Below, one piece after another: positions 21,470-24,460 of a stretch of 24,460 bases of DNA (the first letter of the stretch is position 1; each line of letters begins with the position of its first letter). The position numbers and the translations under genes are program-made. The notes beneath the pieces are model-generated. The model did not search any database and was not told where the DNA came from. It saw only the letters and a program-made list of their open reading frames with translations. The stretch comes from Fonticula alba ATCC 38817 (lineage: Eukaryota > Protista > Nucleariida): the NCBI GenBank assembly GCA_000388065.2, contig KB932212.1, one strand, 5' to 3'.

Positions 21470-21576
21470 TGACGATGTAGCTGCTCGTGCGAGAGCAGCG
21501 CGCGCCACAAAGCTCATGGGCCCTCTCCCCTCCGCAAGAAAGGAGAAAAAGGAGAGAAAGGAGCAAGTACAGGGGA

Positions 21577-21831
21577 NNNNNNNNNNNNNNNNNNNNNNNN
21601 NNNNNNNNNNNNNNNNNNNNNNNNNNNNNNNNNNNNNNNNNNNNNNNNNNNNNNNNNNNNNNNNNNNNNNNNNNNNNNNNNNNNNNNNNNNNNNNNNNNN
21701 NNNNNNNNNNNNNNNNNNNNNNNNNNNNNNNNNNNNNNNNNNNNNNNNNNNNNNNNNNNNNNNNNNNNNNNNNNNNNNNNNNNNNNNNNNNNNNNNNNNN
21801 NNNNNNNNNNNNNNNNNNNNNNNNNNNNNNN
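21577..21831. other. Assembly gap (255 N)
   Basis: Run of N followed by a G-run, ending 17 nt from the AGMO stop codon. Confidence 0.99.
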
Positions 21832-21847
21832 GGGGGGGGGGGGATGG

Positions 21848-24386
21848 TCACTTGCGCTTGGAAAGCCCGCCGGCGCCGGTTGCAGTGGCGACCGAAGAGG
21901 AAGCGCTGGAGCTGGCCGCCTCAGCGCTGGCACCCTCCTCGGTGGTGGCCCTGGCAGTGGCTGCCTTGGCCGGGCCACCGGATGCCGGCTTGTAGAGGCT
22001 GTTCCGATGGGTGACAAGCCAAATGAAGAGGAGGAATTGCACCAGAGCCGCCAGGCGCAGGTACACCCGGTAGTCCGACAGGCGGATGGCCGAGGAGAAG
22101 AGATCGCGCTCGGCCAGGCTGCGTGCGCACATGCACCGGAGCCGGAGCCGGAGCCGGAGCAGCGAGGGCGAGGGCGAGAAAGCAAAGGAGAGAGGAAAAA
22201 AAGCAGACACAGAGAGACAGCACGTAAAACGCCCATGTCAGTGACGGACACAATCGACCGGCTGGCACGGCAGCCGCGGGACAAGCGAGTGAGAAAGACC
22301 TTGCCCCCCCCCCCCCCCCCCCCGCTCGGACACGCACAGGAGGTAGCCGATCGACAGGAGCAGACGCGCGCACTCCAGCGGCACGGCCCATGAGTGGCCG
22401 CTGTACAGGGCGCCCACCGTGGTCAGGGTCAGCAGGACAAAGGCAATGACCGCCCCATGAACCATGAGCGTCGGGGTGCCGCCCGGACCGAGAGCCGGCC
22501 CGGCCAACGAGTGGGCGCCCTGCGCCAGGAAGAACCCCAGCAGGCAGTAGACATTTAGGCTGCCGGTGGCCGGGGGCGGCCGGTGGCGCATCTTCCCCGA
22601 CTCGGAGTGGGCATCCACCTTGGGAATGTCCTCGAAGTGCCCGAGACGCGGGCAAGGCCCCCGGTCGTCCACCACGAAGGTCCACCCCGGGCCGTAGAAC
22701 AGGGTGCGCAGGGCATCGCCGAAGGACGGCGCGCGGAAGGCCCGCGCCACCAGCCGGGCCAGGTGCTCAAACTGCACGCGCCACGGGTCGAAGGTGGGCT
22801 GGACGTGAGTCAGCCCGTAAGAGACGGGCTCCTCATCCCGGCGCTCCGCCTCGAAGGTGCCGAACATGCGATCCCAGATGATGAGGGTGCCGGCTATGGG
22901 TGTGTATGTGTGTGCGTGCGCGCGCGATGATTGCATGCATGCGTGCAGACACAAAGAGAGAGAGGGGGAGAAGGAGAGAGGGAGAGGGAGAGGGAGAAGG
23001 AGAGAAAGAGAGAGGGAGAGGGAGAAGGAGAGAGGGAGAGGGAGAGGGAGAGGGAGAGGGAGAAGGAGAGAGAGAGAGAGGCACACGCATGCACCCGCGC
23101 GAACGCGGTTGCCAAGGCGACGGGGTAGATGCAGGCTGTTAGTTGGGCAGGAGTGCGACGCGGGAACAGCACCTGTGGAGGTAGATCACAACGCCGGCGG
23201 CGTGGGACTACACGCACCGTAGTTCTTGTCGATGCAGTAGGGGTTGCGGCCGTGATGCACGCGGTGATGGCTCGGGGTGTTGAGGATCCACTCAAGCGGC
23301 CCGATGTTGTCGATCAGCTCGGTGTGAATCCAAAACTGGAAGAGCGTCTGCAGGCGGGGGGGGCCGGGAGCCAGGTCAGAACACAGCACACCCAGCAGCG
23401 AAGAAAGGGCGGGCAGGGCGAGACACGGGAACCGGCGATGCGGCGTACGTTGAGCATCCGATGTGCGTGGAAAGCCGGCGGCGGGAGAACCAGCGCCAGT
23501 GGCAGATAGAACATCCAGCTGGTGTACAGCTGCAGGGCCGACTGCCGGACGGCCACCGTGGCATTGTATGCGTCGCTGCTGTGGTGCACCACATGCCCGG
23601 CCGACCAGAAGAGGTTGATCTCGTGCGCCATCCGGTGGAACCAATAGTACCCCAGATCCACCCCGAGGAAGCCCACCACCCAGACCACCAGCGAGTCGCT
23701 CGGCAGGGTCACCAGGCGGAAGCGCTCGAAGACGTAGGCATAGGCACGGAGCTAGGCGGGGGCGAGAGGCAGGACCGGGGGGGGGGGGGGGGGGGGGGGG
23801 TCAGATGCCCGGGGAGGGAGAGAGAGAGAGAGAGAGAGGAAAAGAGCAGCTGCCAGCAAGTGACCAGGGTCGGCACAGGATACAGCAAGAGGGGCGACCG
23901 GGAGGGGGACAACGCGCGCACGCCGCGCACAGGGCCCCAAGCATGGACACGGCGAAGGCGAAAGAAGTGAGACCGACACACCTCGAAGCCATTCAGAACC
24001 AGCTGGTTGAAGACCAGCATGAAGAGGCCGGAGCTCATGGATGTCACGGCATCGAAGAAGTCGAAGCCGACCAGCTTGTACTTGCGGGTGGGCTTGCGCC
24101 CGGAAGCGGGCTTGGCCTTTGGGTTGCTGCTGCTGGTATCGGCGGCCTCCTGCTGCTCGCGCTCCTCCTGCCGGCGGAGCCACACCAGGATCACGGCCTC
24201 CACCAGGATGCTCCCGATGAAGAAGGGCACCGCGCCCTGGATGTAGTCCGGCACATCGGCCAACGACCGGAAGGACATCTCCCATGGGAAGACCGTGTAG
24301 AACATCCGCCGGAGAGGGGCAATATAGTCGACCACCCGGCCGAGAGAGGTCTCCGCCGAGAGCCAGTATGGCGCCTCCATGGTCAT
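21848..24386 (-). CDS. AGMO: Alkylglycerol monooxygenase (fatty acid hydroxylase superfamily, TMEM195), ~554 aa, 5 exons
   Basis: Exons 24386..23982, 23751..23449, 23347..23218, 22893..22338, 22118..21848 (1665 nt, in frame). Near-identical to recalled human AGMO blocks: RMFYT...[99 protein letters not shown]. The start is ATG 24386 or 24380. Confidence 0.95.
22953..23081. repeat. 129-nt pure polypurine/polypyrimidine tract, (GGGAGA)n-like, in AGMO intron 3
   Basis: Only A and G on the plus strand from 22953 to 23081, which is a continuous pyrimidine tract in the AGMO pre-mRNA. Confidence 0.92.
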
Positions 24387-24460
24387 GCGTGTGTGCGGCG
24401 GCGGGGGGAAAAGCGGGAGGGGTGCGGCTATTTACTGCTGAGGGGGCCAGAGAGGGGGGG

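Noticed and set aside
20153-21517. 454 aa minus-strand ORF
   Set aside because: It runs through CT/CA microsatellites and is antisense to the microprotein, whose codon bias identifies the plus strand as coding.
293-24386. Functional gene cluster linking cAMP, mTORC1, ATP synthase and ether lipids
   Set aside because: No shared pathway logic, mixed orientations and no shared motif. Ordinary eukaryotic gene order explains it.

Overview
GC-rich, intron-containing eukaryotic scaffold with two N gaps and many simple repeats. Six protein-coding genes can be built by hand from GT-AG junctions that keep the reading frame. (1) A ~2,430-2,470 aa multi-pass class III adenylyl cyclase (minus, 293-8311) whose single catalytic domain is interrupted by a ~700-750 aa low-complexity insert. 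(2) An intronless 250 aa uncharacterised HExxH protein (plus, 9853-10605). (3) Mitochondrial ATP synthase subunit g (minus, 3 exons). (4) A highly diverged 939 aa ITFG2/KICSTOR-subunit-like beta-propeller protein (minus, 6 exons), which no single ORF in the track reveals. (5) A 70 aa hydrophilic microprotein with strong codon bias (plus, 20288-20500). (6) Alkylglycerol monooxygenase (minus, 5 exons). The gene set looks opisthokont but not yeast-like; a Fonticula-like nucleariid amoeba is my unverified guess. I found no rRNA, tRNA, CRISPR array or transposon. Reference motifs are quoted from memory, and no database searches were run.
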